Shown: one piece after another, positions 1-11,872 of the stretch
Position numbering within the stretch: position 1 is the first letter of the stretch
Layout of the letters: the number at the start of each line of letters is the position of its first letter
From: Amoeboaphelidium protococcarum X5
Lineage: Eukaryota > Fungi > Aphelidiomycota
NCBI GenBank assembly: GCA_023515725.1
Contig: JALDTO010000057.1
Coordinates: 325,575-389,574 of the forward strand
Direction: 5' to 3'
Length of the DNA: 64,000 nucleotides
The notes under the pieces: generated by a model
Told to the model about the DNA's origin: nothing
The model's database searches: none
The model's input: only the letters and a program-made list of their open reading frames with translations
Program-made: the position numbers and the translations under genes

Positions 1-681
1 GGCCCCAAATACTAAAAGAGCAGCCAGATAAGTTAAAGACACCAAAGACCTTCCCTTCAATGCTGAATTTAAACTTAATAACATCATGGTAACATTAAAA
101 GCATACATTCCACCACGTCCAAACTCAATAATATTCATTGGGTTAAGTAAGTACAATGCACAAACGACAATATGAATATTTTTCGATTAGAAAACTTATT
201 GAATTGTCATCTCTGGCGTCAATATCCTGCGTAAAGTCTTTATCTCGTCCACCATCTTGGAATCTAGAGGAAGATAATTTTTAACCTTAACATCTGGCGA
301 TTGCGGTTGCTTATCATCAAATGTATATTCTTTATCTTTCTCACCGGCACACAGTGCAGTATCATAAGCTATCAAATAATTGAAATCTATCCTATAAATC
401 CACAGGTACTACTTGGCAATAGCGAATAGCAGATAAGCATTGAGAATATGGCTAATCATAAGAAGAATCATAATGATGTAGTGTAATTAAGCAGACTCAC
501 CAAGAGACAACAGCATACCAAGAGATCTAATAACCATAGAACTGTACTGACATCCCTCATGTGTGACAAAACACTCTAGAAACATTTTCATCTCCAATGA
601 CTGATTCTAATTATGCAAATAAGCAATACATCTCAATGCAATACCAAGACAGAATATTGAAAGTAGCTTCAATTACGCCAT
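1..681 (-). CDS. GPI transamidase subunit PIG-U/Gab1-like membrane protein (5' part; runs off window start)
   Basis: ATG at 681, open to position 1 with TAR=Gln; hydrophobic segments and motif ALYLLNPMNII...FNVTMMLLSLNSALKG resembling PIG-U. Confidence 0.6.
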
Positions 682-1274
682 TGCTGTATAAAACTTGAAG
701 AGATCGCGTACTCTTCTACAATCGTTAAGAAGAAGAAGCGCAAAGATTCAGTTGAAACTATGAGGAATTACACCAAAAAGTGTTGTTTCAAACGCGCCAA
801 GAAACGTTTTATTATACAGTATTGAGTTTTGTAATTGGCGTGAACTTATTTAGAGTTTGTGTAAAAAAATTTATACCAGTACCTTGTCAATGGTTATAAT
901 GCACTTGAGAGAGATCAGGGACAATACTGGAATCAGTTCTATACTATGAAGCAAAATACTGTATCACTATATAAACAAAGAACAGTCTTGTAAACAAAGA
1001 CATTTTACAGAGACAGAGAGAGAGAAACTCTAAAGAAAGCTTACTGTACGCGCTTCAACGCCATCCTGTAAGCAAATGAGATCAATCTCTTGCTCCAAAC
1101 GACTTAGAGAGTGAGTGAGAAAGCGAATGAGCGAGCGAACAACCATTACAATAGAATAAAGGGCGGCAAGCGAGAAACGTCGTTGTCGCCTTGATTTCCC
1201 TTTCTTTCCGGTGCGAATTCAAACGGACAGAAAATGGCAAATTATATGGTTATACGCCTAGTCGGGAAAAAATT

Positions 1275-1307
1275 ATATCGCTGCCGACCGCAGGTCGGTT
1301 GCGATAT
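1275..1307. repeat. Hairpin ATATCGC-tg-CCGACC-GCA-GGTCGG-tt-GCGATAT
   Basis: Two perfect stems (7 and 6 bp) around a 3-nt loop, ~85 bp past the transposase stop. Confidence 0.85.
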
Positions 1308-1390
1308 TTTATACGGATTTCAAGGGATGAGTAAGAAGAAACCGAAGATCTGCGATCATATCCACTCAATTACTCAATCAGTTCATAAAA

Positions 1391-4300
1391 TCACGTCTAT
1401 TTCAACTTTCTCTCTCTTTCTACACGCTTTCTGAACTTTTTATAGAGACTTGTACGCATTTACAACAAAGAATCGTCTAACTAACTTGATGCATCGCATC
1501 TTTTGGAAGAATGGCCTTCAGTACATTAATTGGAATCAGCCATCAATCTTGGCTTCCAGCAGATTTTGCAGACTTGTTTCACTGATTCGCTTCTCAAATT
1601 ACTGTCCAACTCTTCTTCATTGACAAATCCGTTTTCAGGTGTCAACACGTCGTCGCCGAATCTCTAACGCAGCAGTTCAGTCAAATTGACAGCCTCAGTC
1701 ATTGTGACAGGCCCAGTATCAGCTTAAATGATATCGACGGTATGATAAGTTAATTAGTTAAAGGTCGGCTGTTCGTTGATGTCTACATTCTCTCCAAAAT
1801 TGTCAACTCTAGGAATATCATCACCATCAGGCAGACCCAAAACTGGATTGAACAAAGTGCCCATATCCAGATTGGTGAAGTAAGCATCGTCTATACTATC
1901 AACTAATCTCTAAATATCCTAATCTGCAGTAGCAAGCAAATCATTGACACTCTAAACAGACTGAGTAGCAGGACAGATGCAGCTCAAATTGTTCAATGAA
2001 GTCTGTGTTTCTACAGATACATGTTCAACTACTTAGACAGTTTACTCAGTAGACACCTAATGCAACTACGGAATTTCGAACGGAATATGCAATGCTGTTG
2101 GGTCAGTCAAATGATTTTATAGCTGTCTGAACTGGGCCTTAAATGGATCAATCGCGTATTTGCATGCCAACTTACGTTCCACAATATCTTCAAAACTCTT
2201 CAAATGGCTTGGTGCTTTAAAAGAGTATTCTGATAACAAATCATCAACTTCAGACTAATTTGAGCAGGCGGCAATCTTGTTATAAACCAGAAAATTCCAT
2301 CGATCAGCCATTTACTCATAATCTACTTACTTATCATCACCGTTTTTCTTGGTGCAATATTGTTCAAACAGTGACATGAATAAGATGAGCTCTTTTTGGG
2401 AGGAGACGGGACGTGATATGACATTGAATGCAAACTTAGAGATCATATCATCAGAGTTCAGCTTGATGGGCTCAGTAGATATATCACTCTAATCCATATC
2501 AATAACAGTCAAATCAACTTCAACTGGATCGGCCAGTGCATCAATCAGTTCTTCATCAAAGCCACCTTCGCATTCCATCATCAGCTACTAGTCAGAAATG
2601 TTCTTTAGATCAAGAGATTTGCCCAAATACTTACTACAGCCAAATTTAACAGATTTTGAGAATTCAGATACCTGTGGAATGGTCAGATTCTCAAAAACAG
2701 GACACTTGAAGTATTTCGCATTGTCGACATACAACTGCTTAATTTAGCTCAGCACTAGTGGGTTGTAAATATGAAAATCCGGAGTCAGCCCACAGGTCAG
2801 TGCCGCATCTTGATTTCTTCTGTAGACAAAGTCCATGAGCATAACATTATATAGCTCAGGAGAGATAGACTTTGCTTAAAACGCATTGTACAACATCATG
2901 TGATATCCTTCTTATTGGCTGGTACCTCTAAAACACTTGAACTACTTAAAAGATCCATCATCTCCAGGCTTTAATTGCAAGTACATGTCAACACCAGGAG
3001 GATCTGATAAACAGCCATCTTTGGCGTGCTTCAGATTACGCTCGTGATGTTTCATTACTTGATCATCAATGAACTCACTGTTAACCGCTCTGAACATTTA
3101 GACCACCTGATCAATTCTATTCGACAAAATATCCGCAGGTGGAACAAATCTTCTCACTTTACCATTACGCAATAGATAGCTTCTCTTGATCTGATCCATT
3201 TACTTATCTGATACTCCACGCTGCTGTAATACTGACTTCACATCTTGCATGTCTTCTTCAGAACAGATGAATATCGCGTCGCGGAGGTTGGAGGCAAAGA
3301 GAGAGTATAGAGGATGTTTCTTCTTAACAGGATACCGCTCCATGAAATGAAATATATCCAAGAGTACTCGCTATCCTTATCCAGTAGCTGACAGAGATTC
3401 AAACATATCAGAGAGAAATGCTCTTTCAGTGCAGCAGAGATCTGTGAAGAAAGCCTGAGGACCCTCTTCATCTTTGGCCGCATAGCGCTGCTTCAAGACT
3501 TCAAATTCACCAGTCAACTCTTTCAGACTTTTGTTTGGCACAAGCCAGAATCCAGCTACTTGGCCATACTCATTCACCAAGGAGTATAATCCCTCAAATA
3601 TCTACTGAGACTTAGACACAGGCACCTTGGCTGCTTTGAAAGTGTGATCACCGCTCAAAACTTTGCCAGTAACTTGCGCGACAGCGGCGTTCTTCAGATC
3701 ATACACATCCATTTGGCTCTTATAATAGAATTTCTTTAAAACAGTAGTGGATGGAATGGATACGTTATACTAATCTTTGTCGCTGAATTCTGGAAATGGG
3801 TCAATCAGTGCAGGCAAAGCTTAAAACATTAAAGTCTTCTATGGGTTCCTTCTAACAAATGTTGATGCGGACAGATAGGCAAGATGTCTTGATTAATGCT
3901 AGTTGTTGAACAGCTCATCCAACATCTTTACAAACTCATTAAAAGAGACTCCTCGCATGATCATCCTATCCATTAATTAAATCAATTAGTTGTCCAGGAT
4001 CGTGTTGTCAATCACCGTACACGGCAACTATTGCTAAACATGAGGAGGAAGATGCTGCAAAGTATCTGGATCTATTCCACGAAACTCCTTACCAGTCCTG
4101 CCACCAGTACCACAGTGACACAGATTGCATTTGTACCTCTTGAACATGATGTAATACGACTGACCAATGCCTATTACTTTTCGAGGCCCTACTGCTGACC
4201 AGCCTGCTACCTTAACGTGACCATCCACAACGCCATGAACTGGACAAGGCATGTGGCGAACACCAAGATGATGGAAAAACACTTCTGGCGTCCAGAATAT

Positions 4301-4954
4301 AACTTTCTCCTTCACAAAATCCTAGCTCTCCATATAATCTGAGACTAATAAAGGATTAGGCGGATAAATCCAGATATCACGCCAGGACAGAGGATTCAGC
4401 GGCTTGCAATCGCAGACACCATGACACCTTGACGACGTTGCATTGCATTGATAGCCGCGCGAACCTGTTCCTTTAATGGCGTAGTCAATCTCATCAGTGT
4501 ACTTGACTATAAATGCGGTGGAGGGATGACTTCTCCAATTCTAATCTTTCTACTCAATCACTAACGTGGCATTAACTTGATCATCATTTTCGACTGAGGA
4601 GGTAGTATCATGATGAGCATTAATATCATTTGTTTCAGGCGTCTGATCAGACGCGGATTGATGAACTGGTACATTAGCGAAAGAGTCCACTGATTGTAAG
4701 GATGCTCCAGTCAGCCAACTTGACAAAGTATTCGCGGAACCTGCGATACTGTTGTTCTTCTTTAACTATTCCAAACAAAATTTAGTGTGCGGCTTCTTAT
4801 TAGATGGGAAATGAAGATTTTTACATATCGGGCACTTCCAAGTCTTACCAGGATGGATCGGTGCATTTTCTGCGTCTTCTCTCTGCCTCTTGATCTTCCT
4901 TGCACCAGGAGGAGGGACATAATTGCTGATGGACATTCCATTGGTAGTGTTCAT
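1391..4954 (-). CDS. DUF6729-like / Mutator-type (C/DxxH) RNase H-fold transposase, ~1187 aa, with N-terminal CCHC zinc finger
   Basis: Track fragments 4766-4960, 4034-4315 and 3377-3580 share one frame and join through TAR codons; motifs PRKVIGIGQSYYIMFKRYKC, LSGDHTFK, FFTDLCC, LLDIFHFMER, RGTSQQEGYH; TGA at 1391-1393. Confidence 0.75.
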
Positions 4955-5176
4955 TCTCAAAATCTCTCTTAACAGTGAAGTTCGCTCTACAAAAGTAATG
5001 AAATAAGTATTGAGATTGGAAATTAAATCATACTATATTTTGACTACGACTTTCTTTTAGGCTTCTCACGGCACTTTTTATTTTGAATGCTGATATCAGA
5101 GTCAGATATAGGCAACTGTATATCTGATACTGAAGCTGATATTTCTGAAACAGTGTTGGTCGCACGCGCAGTTTAT

Positions 5177-5249
5177 GTAGCGACATTGTCAACAACATTG
5201 TCAGCGACATTCGTTTGATCGTGTTAGCGACAATTTTGTAGCGACATTT
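5177..5249 (+). repeat. Direct-repeat array (AGCGACA x4 plus one degenerate unit) upstream of the transposase
   Basis: gtAGCGACAttg, tcAaCaACAttg, tcAGCGACAttc, ttAGCGACAatt, gtAGCGACAttt. Confidence 0.8.
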
Positions 5250-5521
5250 GGCTTAAGAGTAGTAAGGTACCCGAAAATTTGGTGAATGCGCATTCAGTTA
5301 TTGCCCAACGTTGCATTATCTGATTTCTAATTAGCATTACTCTTACTATTTGTGCTATTCTTTATTGCATCTCGAAGAACTCTGCTGATAATTTACTCAA
5401 TTCTGTTTATTGTCTACTTTGGATTTTGGTATTTGTGAACACTTTTACTTATAATAAATTCTAATTAGAACCTACTGTATTCAGACAAGCTCAGAGATCA
5501 ACTCCTAATTAGTGATCAATT

Positions 5522-6085
5522 ATGCCTGCGTATCATTCATAATTTGTTGAAGATTAATAGTTCAAGATGGTGGGAAATATGTGCATTCTACCATTTAGAA
5601 CCAAGGTTCGTGGTCCTGCGCCTCCATTCAGCAGTAATGATCCTAATGATGAAGACATTGTTGAGGAGGGATTGAACTTGTACAGAGCCAACTGCTTTTA
5701 TAAGAATTTTGAAGTCAAGAATGGAAGTGACAGACTGTTGATCTATGTGCTGCTGTACATTGGTGAGTGTCTGACCAAGATTGCTTCCCTATCCACCAAG
5801 GGTGATCAGTGGCCGTCTGTAAATGAGGCGCAGAAGCACTTGACCACTCTGTCCACCAACGCTAATCTGGTGTCTATGCTGCCATCTGATGCATCTTTCC
5901 CTCTTTCTGGAATGTACGAGAAGCCTACCAACAAGAATGACATTGACTTTCTGCGTTCCTACCTGACTCAGCTTCGTGGTGAAATCGGCACCAGATTGAT
6001 TGAGAGAATCTATGTGAACGGCAAGCCTAGCAAGTGGTGGATGTGTTTCCAGAAGAGAAAGTTTATGGGCAAAAGCTTGAGCTGA
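5522..6085 (+). CDS. ARPC3: Arp2/3 complex subunit 3 (p21-Arc / Arc18)
   Basis: MPAYHS(Q)F...ILPFRTKVRGPAP, LYRANCFYKNFEVK, KPSKWWMCFQKRKFMGKSL; the conserved N-terminus needs TAA/TAG read as sense. Confidence 0.97.
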
Positions 6086-6302
6086 TTAAAAAGACTTGAA
6101 AGTCATGTGTCTTTTTCAGTAATAAGATTTTATTCTTTAATGTATTTTGAGTTGAGAATGGTTTACTTTCTTATTTCTATTATCTTTGATACCACGGTGC
6201 GTGAGACTTTGAGCTTTAACTCTTTCACCGCGACGAGAATTCCTCCGCGTTGTTTCATCCATCCCAAAAGATCTCCTTTTAATTGGAATAAATAGCACCA
6301 TC

Positions 6303-8255
6303 ATGTCATTTAAAACTAAAGCGATATTCGTCGCACTATTATGCTTGGTTAGTATTTACTTATCGCTGGTTTCTATCCGTCTCAAGATTGGACATTTCAA
6401 TATTTTAAATGGTGGAAGACTGTACGGGTAACATAGTTCTGACAGCGATATTAGAGCATTGGAGTTAAACCACGTTAGCGATGTTGAAACGTTGTTTACG
6501 GAACTGAGTAACGAAATATAGTAAAAGATGAGTGGTTATAGATAGAGAGTTTAACGATTAATTTCAAGCCTGTAATCCAGAGAGGATCAGTTAAATATTA
6601 CATTGAAGAAACCGCCTGTGATAGTATTTGGCACTGCTGGTAGTGGTACGCGCATTGCAAATAAAGTCATTCGCGCAATGAACGTTGCCGTCTTCACAGA
6701 GATCGTGAATAGATAAGATGATTCGCTCGTTGTCATTCAGCTGGTGAAAGAGACAGCGATGTTTTGCTGCGGAAACTCTTCGCTGTTTCATCACTTTGCG
6801 GAGAGGACTAACAGTAATGGTACATTCGTATACGAAGTGGAGGACGTGGATCCTATTCTGCGCGATTAGATTACAAAGGCTCTACGGTTGGCATTTCGCA
6901 TTATACAACATGAAGCTTATTTAAAATCTGGGCGTTCTCTGGATGTTAGTTGGGGTATCAAAGAGCCTCAATTGATCTATCTCATTCCATTTATTCTTGA
7001 TCTCCACCCTGATGCTATTCTTGTTCATACAATCCGGGATGGACGAGATGCTGTCCTCAGTAAGTAGCAGAAGATGAGATATCAGCAGATGTACCTGGAT
7101 AAAATTTACCGATCTGGAGATCTAATGGCGACCGCGTAGTTATGGTAGCGAATAAATCTTGATGCTCGGTCCATGGCTCTTAGACATCAATTGCGCACAA
7201 ATTACTTATTGGTCCGGTTGGAGGATCTATGCTATGATCATCGGAGGTAGATGACATTGTCTAATATCGAGAGGCTATTATAATAATTTGGAATATTGAG
7301 AACGTATAATACTAAAGCTTCGGATTCTCAAGATATTGATTAATCGAGATGCAATATGGGCAAGTGGCTCAACTCTTCGCTCCAACTGAGTTCTAATGTA
7401 TATAAATCTATTTGGAAGACTTTGCTTGAATTTGGATATTAAGTATTATAAACTGATACATCTTCTGAATAAATCTTGTCAAAAGCTGGACTCCCATATT
7501 GGCCTCAGAACTCTACTGTGATTATAACGGCTGTATCCCACGATTATCTTGATCTATGCAACACCTTTATGGATAAAATTGAATATCATTCCAATTAATA
7601 AAGGCTTTAGATGCTGGTACTTAATTTGGATCATGAATCTGCGGAAGTGAATAAAATATCCTTAAGATCGCGGCACCATATCCAACATGTAAGTATTGAT
7701 AGTATGAAGTAGAAGAAGGATATCTGGAAATGGAGACTTGAAATGGCATCGACGTTAATAGATTAAGGGAATGATGTTGTGCTCAATGACTTGGACGCTA
7801 TATGGAATGTGAATATCGTCCAGTATTTTGAGTAGGATAAGTTTGGTGGGTACGACCTCATTGCTGGGCAAGGAAGATTTCCGTATGAGTTGAAGTCGTT
7901 GTGGGGATTTACTGCTTGCATGGGTATGGTGTATATAAGATCATCTACGCAGTCATCTACTCTGCTTCATCTGACTCTTCGGTATTTAAAGATGTTCCCA
8001 GATGATTAAAAAGCTTTCAATCGGGCTCTCTGGTAAATGTCTGATGGTTGGATCGAAACGAAGGCTGGATATCAGTCAGTATCTGACAGCAGTACAGGAA
8101 TTAAAGCTTTAGTGTTGCACCACGATTCTCTTCCTCGATTCTGTCCCTCATCTAAAGTCATTGAGTAATACCCCAAAGCTATTGCATTTCATTGTTATAC
8201 TCCCAAGAATGGTTCTAAAAAGATGGCCATACTAAGATAGATGGATATCATATGA
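6303..8255 (+). CDS. Type II membrane protein: sulfotransferase domain fused to nucleotide-diphospho-sugar transferase (GT77-like) domain
   Basis: N-terminal TM; PVIVFGTAGSGTR, WGIKEP, VHTIRDGRD (PAPS-binding motifs); C-terminal DVVLNDLDAIW, GRFP, ACMGMVY, DDQKAFN; absent from the ORF track because of TAR codons. Confidence 0.75.
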
Positions 8256-8286
8256 TTGATTGAATAAACACTAGTACCATAATTTA

Positions 8287-9453
8287 TCATTTGGATTCAA
8301 TTATGACACCACCGACACCTAAAACAACTTCAAAAACCTCAAATCCTTCACTTGTTAATTTGTCTTTGAGCTGAGACACTAGCTATGTATCTTCCACGAT
8401 GTCAGGTAGTAAAGTCAATACACAACCGCCTCCACCGGCGCCTGTCAATTTCGATGCCAAACCAAACTAATGAGCAACATCACAAACTTTGGCTATATTA
8501 GTATGACTGACATTGAAGCATTCCAAGAGTTTTTAATTTATAGTTATGAGGGTCTTCATTCTGTCATAATCGACATTTTCAGCGTGTATCATAGACTCGA
8601 ATTCTGAGGATATGCAATCAATAGTCTCCAAAATCGACTTGGCCACTAGACTGTAGCTATCAATGACTTGTTTAAATTTTTACAGTTACACTTTAGTTTG
8701 ACGTGGCGTCTTGGTGTTGGTTAGAAGAAACTTATGTTGGAACTTATCTATGACTTTGGTCTCTGCTTTTCCAGTGGTGATGGCTTTTTGATATGCAATG
8801 ACGCCACCAAAGACGCAGACTGTGTTATCGATTCCGGAGGGATTACCATGAATGACACACTCGGCAATAAACGCATACTTATTTATGAGATTAAGTGAAT
8901 CAGCACTCCGCAAATCTGATTCTTTATCCAAGTGTTTGTAGTGCAATAATAACGACGCGGCAATACAGGCAGAGTAAGAGGCGGATGATCCAAGACCGGC
9001 GCCAACTGGGATTTGACTTGAGACTACAATGCGGCATCCACGTTTAGTGAGGAATCTAGAATGCTTATCTGTAAACTTGAGAACAACATTCAGATACTCA
9101 AAGGCGGCAATAGCAGCAGATTAGTCAGCAGAGTATTGAGGACGTCGCGCTCTCTATTAAACATGTTCAAGTAATCGCGCATCTATACCATTCAAGTTTA
9201 TTTCATCTGGGCAGCATTCATTGAGAATAGAGGCCGTTTCTCTCATTTCAAACACTTACTTCACTTGCAAATCAGGCAGCTCAAGCTCTACGGCATCTCT
9301 CTCAGGCAGCAGCTGGTATGAAGACGTCGTGTATAGATTTATAGATGACGCACAAGCTTTGGTGCCGTGAACAACCGCATGTTCGCCAAACAGAATGGCT
9401 TTGCCCGGCGCTTTGACAGTAAATTCCACTTGTTCCAGAGCTTAAGCCATCAT
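8287..9453 (-). CDS. ERG12: Mevalonate kinase
   Basis: APGKAILFGEHAVVHG, IPVGAGLGSSAS, IHGNPSGIDNT, SKLTGAGGGGC. Confidence 0.95.
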
Positions 9454-9622
9454 AATTATCTTCGAGTAAAGCGGCTGAAATTCCGACTCAAGTCCTAACA
9501 AGTTACAAATAAAGGGTGAGGAAGCTCGTGTGAAAACCTCTAGCGTCAATCCTCCTTGTCTTGATCTACGTCTCTATTGTTTCGTCTTTCTCTCATCCTT
9601 CCGTAAATTTATAACTTTGTTA

Positions 9623-9628
9623 ACGCGT
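9623..9628. promoter_or_regulatory. MCB-like element ACGCGT just upstream of the shugoshin ATG
   Basis: Exact MluI box; similar boxes at 17470 and 29100; CGCG is common in this window's intergenic DNA, so specificity is uncertain. Confidence 0.35.
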
Positions 9629-9634
9629 AATACA

Positions 9635-10791
9635 ATGGCATGGAGATAGCCAAAATAGCTCAGGGATTCCCCAATTCAAAAATCCTATCAATGTATGATA
9701 AATATACTTTGTTAAAGATATTATTCAAAGACTTGTACCGTGTGTAGTGTAAGATCTGAAAGCATCGAATCAACTGTTGGCTGAGAACCATGCAATTAAC
9801 GCGTAAAACTTGAAGGCTCAACGAAATTAACTGACTGATCTGTTGGATTCGAATTTATCTCTAATGGAATAAATAGCTTAGCAGAGAGCATTTCTGGATG
9901 AATACAAATAAGTGGTGTAGTAAAAGTATGAGATGATACAAAGCCTTGATATGCATATGTAGAAAACGTTGCAAAGTTTTGAATCAATGGTGAAACAATC
10001 TCGATCCATCCGAATCTTTCGAGAGAGCGGTCCGTTGAAGAGCACAGATGTTGCCCCAACGCCCAACGATGAAAACGCTGTCAATGAAGTATCTTCACCG
10101 AATATTATTAGGACAAGTCAAGTTTTTGGTCAGGGTCAACCTATGAAAGAGTTTGACACTCACTGTGTTTCCAACCTAGATGATAAGGCGAAACTCGTAG
10201 ATAACTTCCAGGTTGCTTTGAATACTCCTTCTGTCAGTGATAGTTCTCCTACAGAAAGCAGTTCACCCACAGCAAGAGTCCAGTGTAAGAATCTCACTGC
10301 AGAGTAATATTCTTCATCCCCTTTATTGCTACAGCACAGAGAAGTCGAATAACTGCAAGATGTACGAAAGTCGCGCCGGATGAGCATATGGAAGCCGAAT
10401 ATGACTCCTCAAGGATTAAGCCGTAAACTCGACGCGCTTATCACTGGCACTCGACAGGACAGTGACATTATCGATGATACAATTTTTGAAGAGACTGAAT
10501 ATGAAGATTCACATTCAAGACAGAAGTATATTGAAGAAATGGAGAATTAGGATCCAATGACACGTAAGAAGTCTGCACGGGAAAGTGCTGGGATTGTCTC
10601 AACATTAGATGGAACACCAAAGAGACCAAGACGCGAATCATCACGCAGAATATAAAACTTTGCTGAACCAAGCCTTCGCAAGTAAGATTTATATTTACTC
10701 TTAAAGAGTTTATAGTCTAAAAGTTTGACTTATATCTGTGTTTAGAAAGTTGAGACAAGGTGATGCGCACACATTTAAATTAGCAAATTGA
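9635..10791 (+). CDS. SGO1: Shugoshin-like protein (introns 9693-9747 and 10682-10745)
   Basis: N-terminal coiled coil (LKASNQLLAENH); C-terminal SGO motif INFAEPSLRKKLRQGD formed across intron 2. Confidence 0.7.
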
Positions 10792-10827
10792 ACAAGCTGG
10801 AAATTAACATTATATAAAATTCTAATT

Positions 10828-11762
10828 TCACTTTAAAGGAGAGAATGGCATTGGCTTCAGGATTCTGGTCCGCATATCTTTAACCAACGGAACAGTGTTG
10901 TAGACTGTCTGTGCCCAGCCATCCTCTTGCCACGCCTCCTCACGCTATCTCTTGCGATCATCCAAACTAGGATATACCCACATGTGATGCACCAAAGATA
11001 GAGCTCCCAGCTGTGTAAACCAGGCTCCTACCGGTTAACAGTACTTCTTTCTAATCTCCAGGCCTCGCTTCCACTACTATTCCCACTCCAGGAGATTTCC
11101 AGCCTTTAGCATATACGATCTCAACTCATATATGTCTGTTGTATCTTTAGCAGGTTATGGGGGACTGGTCAACCAAAATGCAAATTCTAGACACATTTAA
11201 TTTTGACGCCTTCTGATCAGTTTCGGTAACTGCTTGGAGTACTCTTAATACTGAGGATCGTGTTGTAACAGGGACATGGTCTTATCGTAACCAGTGTATC
11301 CTTTATACTCCCACATGTGCACAACTTGATCCAAATCCGCACCAACACTAGTATTCCAACTACCAACTAGATTAACCTGATTATCCTTATTCTGTGCAAT
11401 TCGCGGGTAATGATCAGCTACCAACTGCTTGTACTCATCCATCCTATCAGGCTTCACATCATGAACTACACACTTAGTATAATGGAACAATCAGCGATAA
11501 GTAATCACAAAAATTAGATATTACACACAAGTTCGTGAACGTATTTCCCACGAGCCAATTTCTTTGAGAAGGTGGTGTCTCGATCATCATCTTCTTCATC
11601 GTCGTCTTCATCATCCCTATTACCGAGCTATCCTTTGCCGACCTATCTCTACTTTTGACCTTTAGTTCCATACAACACCGATTCTATAATTCCCTTTCCA
11701 CCATCGCGTATTCTTGAAGTAGTTTGCAGTGGCCTCTTTAAAAGCGGTAGGATCGAATTCAT
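10828..11762 (-). CDS. NIPSNAP family protein (intron 11466-11524)
   Basis: SKKLARGKYVHELV|FHDVKPD, LVGSWNT, VHMWEYKGY, IYELRSYMLKAGNLLEWE, PFSPLK-TGA. Confidence 0.92.
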
Positions 11763-11872
11763 TGCTAGCTCTATGTTAACTATCAACTAGACCGTGCGAC
11801 AATCTAAGCTGGCTGGAAAGGGGAACGCGGGCGCGTTGTCACAAAGTTTGTAACCTTATACAACAAGAGAGA

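Larger units (their letters stand above)
1258..5250 (-). mobile_element. Putative DNA transposon carrying a DUF6729-like DDE transposase; boundaries approximate
   Basis: Transposase-like ORF flanked by a 3' hairpin plus CTAG (1258-1307) and a 5' array of AGCGACA direct repeats (5177-5249); lies between housekeeping genes; no TIR or TSD identified. Confidence 0.55.

Noticed and set aside
1234-1434. 66-aa plus-strand ORF over the hairpin
   Set aside because: No recognisable motif; overlaps the transposase 3' end and terminal structure; likely spurious
5177-5249. CRISPR-like array
   Set aside because: Repeats are only 7-12 bp with irregular short spacing, no cas genes, eukaryotic context
1200-5300. 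Terminal inverted repeats for the DUF6729-like element
   Set aside because: Only a 5-bp TCGGG/CCCGA match found by eye; not significant
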